Source of the DNA: Nemertoderma westbladi
Lineage: Eukaryota > Animalia > Xenacoelomorpha
NCBI GenBank assembly: GCA_032718475.1
Contig: JAUCBJ010001840.1
Location: 1-64,000, forward strand
Reading direction: 5' to 3'
DNA length: 64,000 bases
Position 1 is the first letter of the stretch, and every line of letters begins with the position of its first letter. The position numbers and the translations under genes are program-made. Below the pieces are notes generated by a model. It was not told the DNA's origin, ran no database searches, and was given only the letters and a program-made list of their open reading frames with translations. This document shows positions 13,178-24,025 of this stretch, piece after piece.

Positions 13178-14410
13178 TGTACGCGCTTTTGAAGACCTTT
13201 AGCAGTTTAACCTGCCAAAATTTATATGTCTTTTGGTTTATAAATAGACTTTAGAAGTTGACAAATATTTAATACCAATAAACACAACATTAGCAGAAGC
13301 CAGCCTAGTGCGCGTCCATTCACCCGCTGGATATACCCGGGAGACTGGATTCTGAGGGCTTAGATTATTATTGCAGTGTAAGCCTACTGTATTATTCGAT
13401 TGATCGTTAATAAATAATTTCTGACTAATATTATTCACTTTCGGGAAATATTAACAGTTCCTTTTGGACGTGGCGCTCTATCTAGGTAAACAGAGATATG
13501 ACTTATACTAATCACAACGGTAAGTCGGTAAGGCTTATGATTCACGTATGAGACGCATTCTTTAGGAAATGCTTAGTTATCAGTCACAATCAGGCACACT
13601 ACCGGTAACACACAATACTGCTCACTAATTTGCCGACCGTCAATGAATTTTATCATATATAAAGAGAGCAGCAACGGACTCATGTAGTGCTTATCAAATA
13701 GCATTAAATTCACTACAAACCACAACAATATAAGTCGCAATCGCTATATATAACCCGTCTCTCTAACCTGTAGTGTATCAAGAAAATTGGGAAATTTGGG
13801 TTCTTTATAAATGTTCTCCAAATAATAATATTCAACCAAAACACAACAGTAAATAGCATTAAGACGGTAGGTTAAGATGGTAACACTGTTTGACTGGACC
13901 GATAACAGTTATACGCTCTATAATCTTAAGCCTACTAATGTTTCTTCTAAAGTCTGAAACGAATTGACTCTAGAGCCGGTGTTCCTGGCCTAGATAGAAG
14001 GAACACAACAGTAACACAAAAACAGTAAGACTGAACACTCCTAGTATCATCGGCCGAATATCTCCACATCGACAGAAAAAATCGCTCTGATTGGCTTAAG
14101 CTAAACAAAGAACCATGTGTCCAATGGCCGTTTCCATGTCAGCAACCAGCTGTTAGATGTCGCAATCTGAATCATCAAGGCTAAGCTGTGTAAGGGTATT
14201 TGGTGCATTGCGGGTTTTTTGCCTTACCATGTCCTCCAAAGCACGTATATAGAAGAATGACTTTTATGTCCGTTAAAACACCTATAACGGTACCTTGCGG
14301 GCGAGAGGAACATATATATAGTTAGAGAGCCTTTTAGAGTATTCCAGCGCCTGGGGGGAAACTGGATTGCGAAGCAAAAGGGCCAGTTATATCCCACAGA
14401 AGCTTTTACA
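13178..14410 (-). repeat. BEL-1 3' LTR (1233 bp)
   Basis: Direct repeat of 24026-25243; plus strand TGTACGCG...CTTTTACA. Confidence 0.95.
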
Positions 14411-14418
14411 CCGCTCCC
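14411..14418 (-). promoter_or_regulatory. Polypurine tract GGGAGCGG of BEL-1
   Basis: Abuts the 3' LTR; identical 8-mer abuts the BEL-2 3' LTR (47428-47435). Confidence 0.8.
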
Positions 14419-14488
14419 AGAAAATGGGATTTGAGTCTATAAAATATACAAAATCACAGTTTCTAATATACGTAAATACTCTAAACAG

Positions 14489-15490
14489 TTAGTCTTTCTT
14501 GCGCGGACGGCGTTTACTCAGTTTTTTAAAGCTAGCCAGAGTCTTTTTCTCTTTGGGGCGAGCCACTTTACAAGGAGGGCTATAACTCCTGGGTGAAGGG
14601 TGCAATATGATTGCATCAGAGGGTGTAGGATTATGGTCGGTGTATCCGCCAGTCGAAGTACCGGGTTGATTGACATCAACGTCGGGGGAGAGGGGTCTAA
14701 CGGCTTTGAGAGCTCGTTTTAAGACAGCCGCTCTTACGGGTCCTTTACGAGTGGTCTGAACGAGAGCCGTGGGTGGACCATAGGCAGTTAGAAACCTCCG
14801 GGGTTTAATGGTTCTTTCCAACTCGCGTTCGCGGGCTCGGTATTCGTAAGGCCGTCGATATACTTCCTGTAACTCGGGGTGTGAGTTAACAAATAAGTCT
14901 CCATAGTCCGGATCCTGACGGATATAATTGATTAAGTTATAGGAATGAAGGTCGCTAGGATTAACACTCCTGAGAAATTTGCGTACGAATTTGGTTGAAA
15001 TACATTCTCCGACGCGCTTCAGTAGTTCGTAACTCGATATGCGTGATTTCTGTTCGACAGAAGCGAATAGATAAGGATGGAACGCATAAATTCCTTCGTA
15101 AGCGCGTCCAGGATAATAGCGATGGCGCGAATCACAATGTAAATCAGCGTTCGCTTCCCAAGCTCTGATGCAACGTAGTGTGATCATTTCATCTACGCTT
15201 TCCAAATCGCGATTAAAAGGGCAATCGAAACTGGCGTGTCCCTTTAGTTGACAATGGTGACATTGAGTCATAAATTGAGGGCAAACCGCAAAAATGTGCA
15301 AGTTATTGAGTCTGCAATACGCGCAATAAATTTCCATCGCCGGTTGTTCGTGGAAATAGGAACAGCGGACGCGTTTGTGTCCATGGGCGTAACATGGTCT
15401 CTCGATGCGCATAACCGACAACGTTGCCGAGAAACATAGTTGGCATGGCGATAATTGTACGCAGTGAGACACTGTGGACCTTGATACCAT
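14489..15490 (-). CDS. BEL-1 accessory ORF-B, 333 aa, Cys/His-rich with CCHC zinc knuckle and basic C-terminus
   Basis: ATG-initiated 1-kb ORF in element sense orientation; CHHCQLKGHASFDC (CX2CX4HX4C); further C/H clusters CYAHGHKRVRC and CAYCRLNNLHIFAVC; ends KKLSKRRPRKKD. Confidence 0.75.
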   Translation of the reverse strand: MVSRSTVSHCVQLSPCQLCFSATLSVMRIERPCYAHGHKRVRCSYFHEQPAMEIYCAYCRLNNLHIFAVCPQFMTQCHHCQLKGHASFDCPFNRDLESVDEMITLRCIRAWEANADLHCDSRHRYYPGRAYEGIYAFHPYLFASVEQKSRISSYELLKRVGECISTKFVRKFLRSVNPSDLHSYNLINYIRQDPDYGDLFVNSHPELQEVYRRPYEYRARERELERTIKPRRFLTAYGPPTALVQTTRKGPVRAAVLKRALKAVRPLSPDVDVNQPGTSTGGYTDHNPTPSDAIILHPSPRSYSPPCKVARPKEKKTLASFKKLSKRRPRKKD

Positions 15491-15540
15491 TCTAGGATGT
15501 AATCGTTGTCGCTGTTCCGGGCGCGATAGGCTGAATCTCC

Positions 15541-15939
15541 TCAGATTCTAGGCATATTGGTTCGTCTTCCCAGTCTGTTACGAATAGAATTTTCGTGATC
15601 TATTCTCGGTTTATCGTTACGACTCCGCTGGGTATGATATTTAAATAGAACCATTTCCCTTTCGGTGTCTACATCGTCCGTATCATGTAAATCGATAGGA
15701 TGGCCGGTAGTTAGGAAGTCCATATACGCACTATTACGATGCGTATAGCGAGCGGTGAATTTTCGATAGTCCAATTCACGCGTAAGTTGCTCTTGGGACA
15801 TCGGCGGTTCGATATAACGACCATCGTCCTCCGTAATGGTTGGATCGGTTTCACCGCGTATCAAGCTATCCACAAATGCTTGTAAAGGTAGAGTATATCG
15901 CTCCCTGATACCAAGATCATCTTCTATCAACTCCGTCAT
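15541..15939 (-). CDS. BEL-1 accessory ORF-A, 132 aa, unknown function
   Basis: ATG-initiated, acidic soluble composition, same strand and 50 nt upstream of ORF-B. Confidence 0.55.
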   Translation of the reverse strand: MTELIEDDLGIRERYTLPLQAFVDSLIRGETDPTITEDDGRYIEPPMSQEQLTRELDYRKFTARYTHRNSAYMDFLTTGHPIDLHDTDDVDTEREMVLFKYHTQRSRNDKPRIDHENSIRNRLGRRTNMPRI

Positions 15940-15981
15940 ATCTGCTATCTGAGTTTATTAATATTGTAATGAGTTTATGTT

Positions 15982-16124
15982 TAGGCGAGCGGGCGTCGCT
16001 GCCTACCTCTCTTCGCCCCCGGACAGTGGGATTCTCAGCGCCGATGTACCGTCGTCGCGGTGTTTACGCCAACATGTAGCAACAGCACGACAACGATAAC
16101 CGGCACAAGTCACTCCACTGTCCG
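15982..16124 (-). other. Predicted structured RNA element upstream of accessory ORFs
   Basis: 10-bp perfect inverted repeat 16020-16029/16115-16124; inner 12-bp stem 16048-16059/16086-16097 that needs three G-U pairs available only on the minus strand; second hairpin 15982-16005. Confidence 0.6.
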
Positions 16125-16754
16125 TCCCAAAGGCTTGAATCCACTTTAGGTTCTTTCTATAGGAGAGTTGGGCTACTTTCACAATTGCGACTAGCTACTG
16201 TAAACATACTTTAGCAGTAACATTCACCTATAAACGCACAAATTCCACACAACTGTCACCAATTGTACACATACAGGCCATTTGTCCGTTAGTCAGTGCC
16301 TTCCAGAATGTCACGTTATTACTGTGTATCTTTGGATACTAACAGTGTGCTATGTATTCTCTATGCTATGCAATGGGACAAGCTTTCTATTGTTCTTTTA
16401 ACTTGCTTCTAATTCTAGCGTGGGTGTTGCTATGGTGACATTATGGAATGCTAGCGGTAGAATTAGGGTAATTCTCATGCATACAGATCTGGAATGCTAT
16501 TTAATAGTAATTCTTTAATTGTCAATATCCTCTTTATGCATGATTTTATTAATTTTATCGGCTATTGACTATATGTTGGAGATTCTCGCACTCTAATACA
16601 CTCAATAGGATGAATCTCCGCTCCCATGATCTATTAATTAATGGAATTTTGGGAATGTTATAAATTGCACAAAATGACAATTTATGAAATTCATTTAAAA
16701 TATGAATTTAAATTTATTCCCGTGAATTTTATTATTTGATGTTAAAATTGACAC

Positions 16755-17020
16755 AATTTTATTCCAGAGCATGTCTGGGGACATAGGATCCTTAATTCTA
16801 TGAAAATTGTCTTTTAAGAGTATCGGTAAGTGCTGCGATATCTTAATTGACTAGAAATTTTAAAGGATCTGAATTTTACAGATTTTAATAAATATTAAAT
16901 TAATATTTAAGATGGGCACCGATTTATTCCAGAACTTGTCTGGGGACGTTAACCACTGATTCTAGAATTTGTCTTTCAAGTATATCGGTGGGTGCCGCGA
17001 TATCTTAATCGACTAGAATT
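16755..17020. repeat. Diverged tandem duplication (~165-bp period) in BEL-1 3' region
   Basis: TTTATTCCAGA..TGTCTGGGGAC..TTGTCTTT..TATCGGT..GCGATATCTTAAT.GACTAGAA occurs twice. Confidence 0.8.
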
Positions 17021-17569
17021 ACAGATGGTCAAAAGGTTTAACAGATTTATTTGCGTTTTACGCTACTGTTAGAGGGACATCACGCTACTATATGTATTAT
17101 TTAATATAAGGTAGAAGAGCAATATCGCACGAAGCAATGTCAGTGTGAAGAGGCAAGTCGTTTCCAAGGTCTACCCAGAGCTTGGTTTAGCCGAGACACG
17201 AGGATCTGAACTTTGCATTCCTAATACTCTGCCTACCAATAATACTTAAGTATAGTAGGAGCTTTATTGTACTTTAATAAGTACGGACATTTCATCTTAC
17301 TGTAGTCACGTATTTATAATATGATACGGACAGTAAGGAAAGAGAAAAAATAATTATTTCTCGCCGTCGCACTAAATATATTATAAGTAATTACGTACGT
17401 AATAAACACTAATATATTGCACTAATCTACTAAATAATCACTAAAATAACATTCTACTAAATAAAATTAAAGGAAACGATTATAATAAAATTACATAATA
17501 ATACTATACATAAATATAAAATAAAAACAAATATAAAATGATATAGTCACACGCCCACTCCATATGTTA

Positions 17570-20500
17570 TTACGTTATGGAGTCCCTAGATATTTGTCGG
17601 ATTAGGGAAGTGGTCGTAGGAAGAGTATCTTGCCTTCCATAGTTTCCGGACAGTTTTCGGTCTCTTTCCAGTAAACATAAACGACCAGCTGGGCGATTGA
17701 GTTGTTGTGTTACTTTCTCCGCTCCCTTGGCCTGTCTAACCTCCGCCGTGGTAAGATGAGGAGGCCATTCTTCTTCTTCTTTACTTAAGAAGTCGGATCC
17801 ACCTAACCAGCCTGGAGTATCTATCAGTTCTTGAGGAGTTGCTCCTCTGGAAGCGATGTCGGCTGGATTAATCGTCCCAAGGCAATGTCTCCATTGATCT
17901 ACATTGGAGTTAATATCGTCATTATCTGAGGAGTATGGTGTTCCCTCAGCTAGTTCGTCCACCTCACTGCTCTCCATTTCCCATTCCTTTACTTGGTATA
18001 CCTGTTGTTGAGGTAATCTCTCTTTGAGAGTTCTACGGGAAGGGCCAGTGAAGTACCAACCTACTCTAGTTCTTACCGCATAGGTTTGTAGTGGCTGTGG
18101 TTGAGCAGGCCGTTTCTCCAATGTCTCGAGCGCCTCATGCGCGTTTTGGCCGATGAGTATTTGCACTCCAGGATAATCTGTCTGGAATCGAGGTATCTTA
18201 AGATGTTGGATGCTCTCATCCTCGTCCCAATTATAAAGGTCTGCTTGAGTAGTAGCGAAGTTCTTTATAGCCACCATTTTTACCGACCTTATACCTTGTG
18301 CTCCTAATTTATCCTGGGGGGTGGACAACACACCTACATAGTAATCTGCCGTTAGGGTAGATTTCCAAACCTGCATAATTCCTGACATATTCAATTTAGT
18401 CCGGAATTTGGGTTGTCCAGCAAAGATATCTTCGGCTAGTTCTTGATCGATGAATGTTCCTGTGCTGCCGGAGTCAAGGAGGGCGTTCACTATGTAACTT
18501 TTGTTAGGACCGTGAACTCTTACCTGCACTACAGGAAATTCTCTGATTCCTACGTTGGAAGTTGGAGCTTTCCAAGATGGTTGTCTGTCAAAGGTAGTTG
18601 GGGGGAACTCATTGTCGGTGTCCTTTTCATGCGTAAGTGCTCGATACACTGCGGTATTTATTAGGTAACAGGATTCGTTGGCGTCGGAGAATTCGTCCGT
18701 ATAGAATCCTTCCATCTCAGATTCTTGATCAGTGTCATTTACATCACTGAATTGGACATGTAGTTCGGGCTCACTTACCTGACTCGGGTTGTCTCGTTCG
18801 AACTCACTGTGTAACAAGATGTGATGTTTCGCGCCACACTTTGCACACTTTACGTCGGAGTAACAGGTTCGCCGTTGGTGTCCTGATCTGAGGCAATTAT
18901 AGCATAACCGCTTATTCCACAGGACTGTACGTCTGTCTACAAGGGATTTCTTTAGAAATTCAGCACACGCACTCAAACGGTGGGGCCCGTCGCACAGCGC
19001 ACATTTTGGTTTGATGTTACTCACCTTACCTTGGGTAACGTTATGCACTCTCGTTCTTTCTTCGGGCTTTCTTCCGTGAATTCTCTTAGGAGACGTAGGA
19101 GGAGTTGTTGTTACCTGTTCTCTCCTGTCACTGGTTCGAGACTTGTATTTACTTACGTCTTTATAGGTCTTGTTGTCATAGTAAGATTTTGCTGTGTCTT
19201 TCCCGCTGTCCTCTTCTTGAGAAGCTTGGCTTTCGCCGTCGTCAGTATAACACACTGGTATTATCCTTCTCCTAGAAACGGGTTTCTCACTTACCTTATT
19301 TTCCGATGTTTTCTCTCTGGACTGCTTTATGAGTTGTAATTTTACTTCACTATCTAAGAAGGACATGAGATCAGCCATGGTAGGGCTTCGTCGTTGCTGC
19401 TCATTCATATACAACACTTTCTTGTCCCAACGTGTACATACTCCACCCTTAGGTAAAGTAGAGACTACGGCTCCAATAACCATGGAACTCTGATATTCAT
19501 GAGACTTACCTAACCAGTCCAATTGTCTACAGATCTCCTGAATCTCATCGGAAAACTCTATAATCCCGCTACTAAGGAAGTTTCTGGGGGCTACTAATTT
19601 TGCATACAAATACTTAGCTATGTTATCCTTGTTACCATACCTGATGTTTAATGTATCCCAAACTTGTCTTAATCCCTCTGGATGTCCAATAAACTTTAAC
19701 GCCATTAACTTGGGAGGTCCTTCCAAGCACTTGATGAGGAACCTAAGTTTCTCTCCGTTAGATAGTACAGAGTTCTGTATGCTATCTTTGTAATATTCAT
19801 TGAAAGGTAACCATTTCATCTCATCTCCATTGAATTTGACGATCTCTCCCACTTTGACCGCTTGGCGGGCTTCTGTTCTAGCCATCTGACGCGTAAAGCT
19901 TTCTTGGGCCATCGTGTTATTTAATATCGAATTATCGGTATATAAATTTCTCGGATCATTATCAGGTCTATAGGGAATATCATTAACAACAGGTTTATAA
20001 TCACCCTTAATAGGGTTTGCTATAGGAGTTTCTACTTCACTAGCAGTATAGATGCGTGTAGGCTCCACACCTTGCGCATGTAATACTTCAGACCTAACAG
20101 GTTGACACAATGTTACAGGGGGTATTGGTATCGCTTTTTGTATATTGACTAATTTGTCGCGTTCTAGAGCGATACTTTGCTGCACTTCTTGCAATTCGGC
20201 CCTACCTTCCCTTACTGTTCCCTTAAGTTGGTGGACAGTCTCCTGCATCTGTCCGAGCAGGAGATTCATCCCCCGCCGTCCCTCCTCTACCCACTCGACC
20301 GCCGAAGCGGGAGTCGCCAACATTGTAGCGGGCTGACGCGGGACGACGGGAGACAAATCTTTGATTTCTCTCTCAGCTTCCAGGACAGGGATATTCTCAT
20401 GGACTGTTCTACCGGGTACAGGCAGTGTAGTACTGTGTAGAGGGAATTTAGAGTTAAGCTCTGGAAGTACAGGGGTCTCTAGCACAGGAGTGGCTTTGGG

Positions 20501-21763
20501 AACGACAGGCCTAATTATTTCAGGCTCATCAACTATGGTAGGGAGTCTTTTGACCTTAATAATTTGGTCTGTGGGTTCTGTACTACCTAAGTCTGTGCTA
20601 GCTAGTTGTCTTCTGACAGCTGGGGGCAAATCAGGCAGTTTATGACGGTGAGATGTTTTTCTACGCCTGCTTAGACGAGATCTATTTCCTCCGCCTTCCG
20701 GATCGGTGGTCTCGCCTTCTTCCGATGATGTGTATTCTTGGCGTTTGGGAGTAGATCGACTCATCATCTGCATTTGACTAGCAGTTAACTGTTTATTTAT
20801 GTTGTCTTGCGTCTCTTGCAGATTTTCCAACTCCAGTTGGGTAGTCAGCTCAGACGCTCTCCGTTCTGCTTCTGCCACTGCCTTTGCCGCCTTTCTTTCC
20901 GCTTCTGCTTCTGCCGCCGCTGCCTTTCTTTCTGCTTCTGCTTCTGCCGCCGCTGCCTTTCTTTCTGCTTCTGCTTCTGCCGCCGCTGCCTTTCTTTCTG
21001 CTTCTGCTTCTGCCGCCGCTGCCTTTCTTTCTACTTCTGCTTCTGCCATGGTCGCCGCCTTTTGTTCCTCTATCCGTCTTTTCTTTACTTCTTCTTCCTG
21101 GACTCTAGCGAGGCGAAGTTTTTCATCAAATTTAGCTTGGTTTGCAGCTAACATTTCCGCATCGATTGCGTCCAACACAAGCTTGGTTCCTTCACTATTA
21201 GGGCGAAGTCCAGACAGTCGTCTCCTCAACTCTTCGTCTCCTATGAATCGCTGATAGTCTGACAGATAGATGTCAATGGCGTCTCTAGTTCGCGGCTTCT
21301 CTGCTGCTGTTAATTCGCTTTCCACTTCGCTTTCCACCTCGCTTTCCACTTGAGAAGAAGTGGCATCAGTTGATTCTTCATAGGTTGGCCGCTCATCATA
21401 AACCGTATCCACCATCTTCGCTCCGCGTTCGGGCGTCCGCTCAACAGTATCTGAACTACTGGAGCTATCGGGCCGCTGAGAACTAGGTTCTTGGCTAGGA
21501 GGTTGCTGCTGTTTTATAGCTTCTTCTTGATCCCGCTTGACTTGGGCCCGAGTACCTATGGCAGACCAACGGCGCTTCACTAACTTCGCAAATTGCGAAA
21601 TCTTTTCTACCAACCTAGGTTCTGACACAACCACTGCAGGGGTTGCCCTTCTTACAGTATGAGGGGTTTCAGACCTCGGTCTGGGATTCTCTACACTTTG
21701 ATCTGAGAAACAGGCTGTTGTTTCTAGGAGACTATCTGACAGAGTTTGCCTGGTGTCAGCCAT
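17570..21763 (-). CDS. gag-pro: BEL-1 Gag-protease polyprotein with in-frame pol remnants (no RT, RNase H core or integrase core)
   Basis: KFNGDEMKWLPF capsid motif; knuckles CALCDGPHRLSAC, CYNCLRSGHQRRTC, CAKCGAKHHILLH; protease ALLDSGS; AVRTRVGW; tail QWRHCLGTINPADIASRG and RPAGRLCLLE. Confidence 0.92.
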   Translation of the reverse strand: MADTRQTLSDSLLETTACFSDQSVENPRPRSETPHTVRRATPAVVVSEPRLVEKISQFAKLVKRRWSAIGTRAQVKRDQEEAIKQQQPPSQEPSSQRPDSSSSSDTVERTPERGAKMVDTVYDERPTYEESTDATSSQVESEVESEVESELTAAEKPRTRDAIDIYLSDYQRFIGDEELRRRLSGLRPNSEGTKLVLDAIDAEMLAANQAKFDEKLRLARVQEEEVKKRRIEEQKAATMAEAEVERKAAAAEAEAERKAAAAEAEAERKAAAAEAEAERKAAAAEAEAERKAAKAVAEAERRASELTTQLELENLQETQDNINKQLTASQMQMMSRSTPKRQEYTSSEEGETTDPEGGGNRSRLSRRRKTSHRHKLPDLPPAVRRQLASTDLGSTEPTDQIIKVKRLPTIVDEPEIIRPVVPKATPVLETPVLPELNSKFPLHSTTLPVPGRTVHENIPVLEAEREIKDLSPVVPRQPATMLATPASAVEWVEEGRRGMNLLLGQMQETVHQLKGTVREGRAELQEVQQSIALERDKLVNIQKAIPIPPVTLCQPVRSEVLHAQGVEPTRIYTASEVETPIANPIKGDYKPVVNDIPYRPDNDPRNLYTDNSILNNTMAQESFTRQMARTEARQAVKVGEIVKFNGDEMKWLPFNEYYKDSIQNSVLSNGEKLRFLIKCLEGPPKLMALKFIGHPEGLRQVWDTLNIRYGNKDNIAKYLYAKLVAPRNFLSSGIIEFSDEIQEICRQLDWLGKSHEYQSSMVIGAVVSTLPKGGVCTRWDKKVLYMNEQQRRSPTMADLMSFLDSEVKLQLIKQSREKTSENKVSEKPVSRRRIIPVCYTDDGESQASQEEDSGKDTAKSYYDNKTYKDVSKYKSRTSDRREQVTTTPPTSPKRIHGRKPEERTRVHNVTQGKVSNIKPKCALCDGPHRLSACAEFLKKSLVDRRTVLWNKRLCYNCLRSGHQRRTCYSDVKCAKCGAKHHILLHSEFERDNPSQVSEPELHVQFSDVNDTDQESEMEGFYTDEFSDANESCYLINTAVYRALTHEKDTDNEFPPTTFDRQPSWKAPTSNVGIREFPVVQVRVHGPNKSYIVNALLDSGSTGTFIDQELAEDIFAGQPKFRTKLNMSGIMQVWKSTLTADYYVGVLSTPQDKLGAQGIRSVKMVAIKNFATTQADLYNWDEDESIQHLKIPRFQTDYPGVQILIGQNAHEALETLEKRPAQPQPLQTYAVRTRVGWYFTGPSRRTLKERLPQQQVYQVKEWEMESSEVDELAEGTPYSSDNDDINSNVDQWRHCLGTINPADIASRGATPQELIDTPGWLGGSDFLSKEEEEWPPHLTTAEVRQAKGAEKVTQQLNRPAGRLCLLERDRKLSGNYGRQDTLPTTTSLIRQISRDSIT
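20870..21047 (-). repeat. 33-bp coding tandem repeat (AEAERKAAAAE)~5 in Gag
   Basis: Visible in both DNA and translation. Confidence 0.9.
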
Positions 21764-23134
21764 GTTTGATTGTACAGTTGAATGCCTACTGCTATATTAC
21801 AGTTAAAGCAAGTCTAGTAATTCAGTATCACTGTTAGCCTAATAATTAATTACCGATACTGCTACTCAGTGTAGCGTGATATATATATAATATATTAGAA
21901 TACCGGTATGCTTATAGTATATATAAGTATTGTACAGACTAGTTTTGTCACAGAATACAGGTATATAATTTTGGCACAAATATATATAAATATATAATAG
22001 GCCTATCGTGAATACCGGTATGCAGCTTACACTTATAGTATATAAGTATAATTCTGGACTAGAATTAATTACAGAATACCGGTATGATTTCAGCTCAAAT
22101 TTATAGAAATAAATATAATAAGCCTATGATAAATACCGGTATGTCAATTATTTTAGAATAATTGAATTTCTGAATATTTTAGGGTTACTTGGTTACTTTA
22201 ACTTACTTTGTTACCGTTATTTAAGCAGCAGTCCAACTGATATTTAGACCTAGTTGTTGTATGGCAGGCCTACTATTTATAAATCGTTTGAGTTGATTTA
22301 TAATAGATATATACCCGTTTAAAAAGGGGTTTTGTCAATATTTGAAATAAATGTTATTATTTCTGGGGAAGTCACTACACAGAAGCTGTGCGCTCTCAGT
22401 GAAGTGCTACCTATGGGACACTAAAACAGATAATTCTAATTTACCTAAGTTACTTAATACTACAATTACTTACGATATGGGTGAGATTAAATCTCTAATT
22501 AAACACAACAAAAATATTACGTACGAAATTTTAGGGTAATTTTACAGGAAGTCTACAAACCAGCCTAACAAAGGGTTAGAATTCTGGTTATTACAACGAA
22601 CAGGGTACTACGGTATTTGAAAATAATAAGTAGTAGTAAATACACTGCGTTGTCCAGATAGGAAAATACCACCGCCTGACGACCTATAACCGTATCGCTA
22701 TAGGTACTACGTTATGTATCACGGAGTGTTCCTACCTAGAAGTTAATTACCGCGGACTACCAGATCCAGCGTGCCTATTAACCACTTTACAACACAAATA
22801 TACTGCCTACGCACTAATTACCTCGGAAAGCACTGTACACTAAACCCTAAATTAGGTACAAGTACTGGTACAACAAATAATCAGTAGTTAAATATACTTG
22901 AACAGTTAAAAGAACCACGGCATCTGCTGGAGTGACCGAAGCACAAAGTCACCAGTCTTTTCCTACGCCAAGCAGCCCGTGTAGTACCGGGGTTAATTTA
23001 ACTATAACGGTATGTGTAACAAGCTCAATTACTGTAGGAATAAACTTGGGGACATGAATGTTGCGAATAATCGCATAAACTCTGAATAATAAATATTACG
23101 CTACCCGTACAGAATACTCAAACAAAAATACAAA

Positions 23135-23640
23135 CCAAACGCTGGCAGACTACCACCAAGCCTAAATAAACTACCGTACGTGTAGATTCCAAAATGGTTA
23201 GTTAGTATGCGTTCTAACACGGTAGTACGACTTATTCTTTAAGAGGGGATTGACCTTACAGCTATGGCTGCCCCAACTTACTAACTGGCACTTTATCAGA
23301 CAAACTCACCACACGCAGCAATCTCTTCAGACCTAATAATAGCTAGACAACAATCCAGCCTACAAAATATCTGAGTAATAACTATTACGGTACCTGAACA
23401 GACTACACAAACAAACACAGGCCAAAACGTTGGCAGAATACTGTCAAGCCTAAATAAACTACAGTATGTGCAGATTCCAAAATGGTTAGTTAGTATGCGT
23501 TCTAACACGGTAGTACGACTTATTCTTTAAGAGGGGATTGACCTTACAGCTATGGCTGCCCCAACTTACTAACTGGCACTCTATCGGACAAACTCTACAC
23601 ACGCCGCAATCTCTCCAAACCCAACAACAATCCGACAACA
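23135..23640. repeat. ~288-bp tandem duplication in BEL-1 5' leader
   Basis: CCTAAATAAAC..GATTCCAAAATGG..CTAACTGGCACT at 23161 and 23449. Confidence 0.85.
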
Positions 23641-23834
23641 GTACGGCCTACAATTATCTGAACAATCTGAGCAGACTTACACGTCTTCAGCTCAATGTTA
23701 ACTTACATGTAAATAAAACCGACAGAAATAAGTAAAATCTCAATAAAAAACCAGGGCTGCAGTCCCTGATTAAATACTAAGACCTACCGGTATACAATAA
23801 TCAAAATCGAATAATACTAATGTACTTATACTGG

Positions 23835-23965
23835 AAGTACCGGTTAGGACAGTTGGGCCTACGGACCTACAGAAGTACCGGTTCTGGCAGTTGGACCTAC
23901 GGACCTACAGCAGTACCGGTTCTGGCAGTTGGGCCTACTCACCTACAGAAGTACTGGTTCAGGTT
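23835..23965. repeat. ~38-bp tandem repeat in BEL-1 leader
   Basis: AGTACCGGTT..CAGTTGG.CCTAC..ACCTACAG about 3.5 times. Confidence 0.8.
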
Positions 23966-24014
23966 TACCGGTCGACCGGTACTTTCAACTTTATTGCTTA
24001 CTGCAATAAAGACA

Positions 24015-24025
24015 ATAACTGTTAT
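24015..24025 (-). promoter_or_regulatory. Candidate self-priming PBS of BEL-1 (sense ATAACAGTTAT)
   Basis: Directly follows the 5' LTR; no TGG; exact complement within LTR at 24734-24744 (and 13902-13912). Confidence 0.7.

Noticed and set aside
13310-13355. HDV-like ribozyme in the BEL-1 LTR (GGGTGAATGGAC resembles J4/2-P2)
   Set aside because: The catalytic C position is T and no P1/P3/P1.1 nesting could be built
14489-15490. ORF-B as an env gene
   Set aside because: No signal peptide, transmembrane anchor or fusion-protein features
20799-21254. Plus-strand Ala/Ser-, Cys/Phe- and Leu/Pro-rich ORFs
   Set aside because: Antisense shadows of the 33-bp Gag repeat
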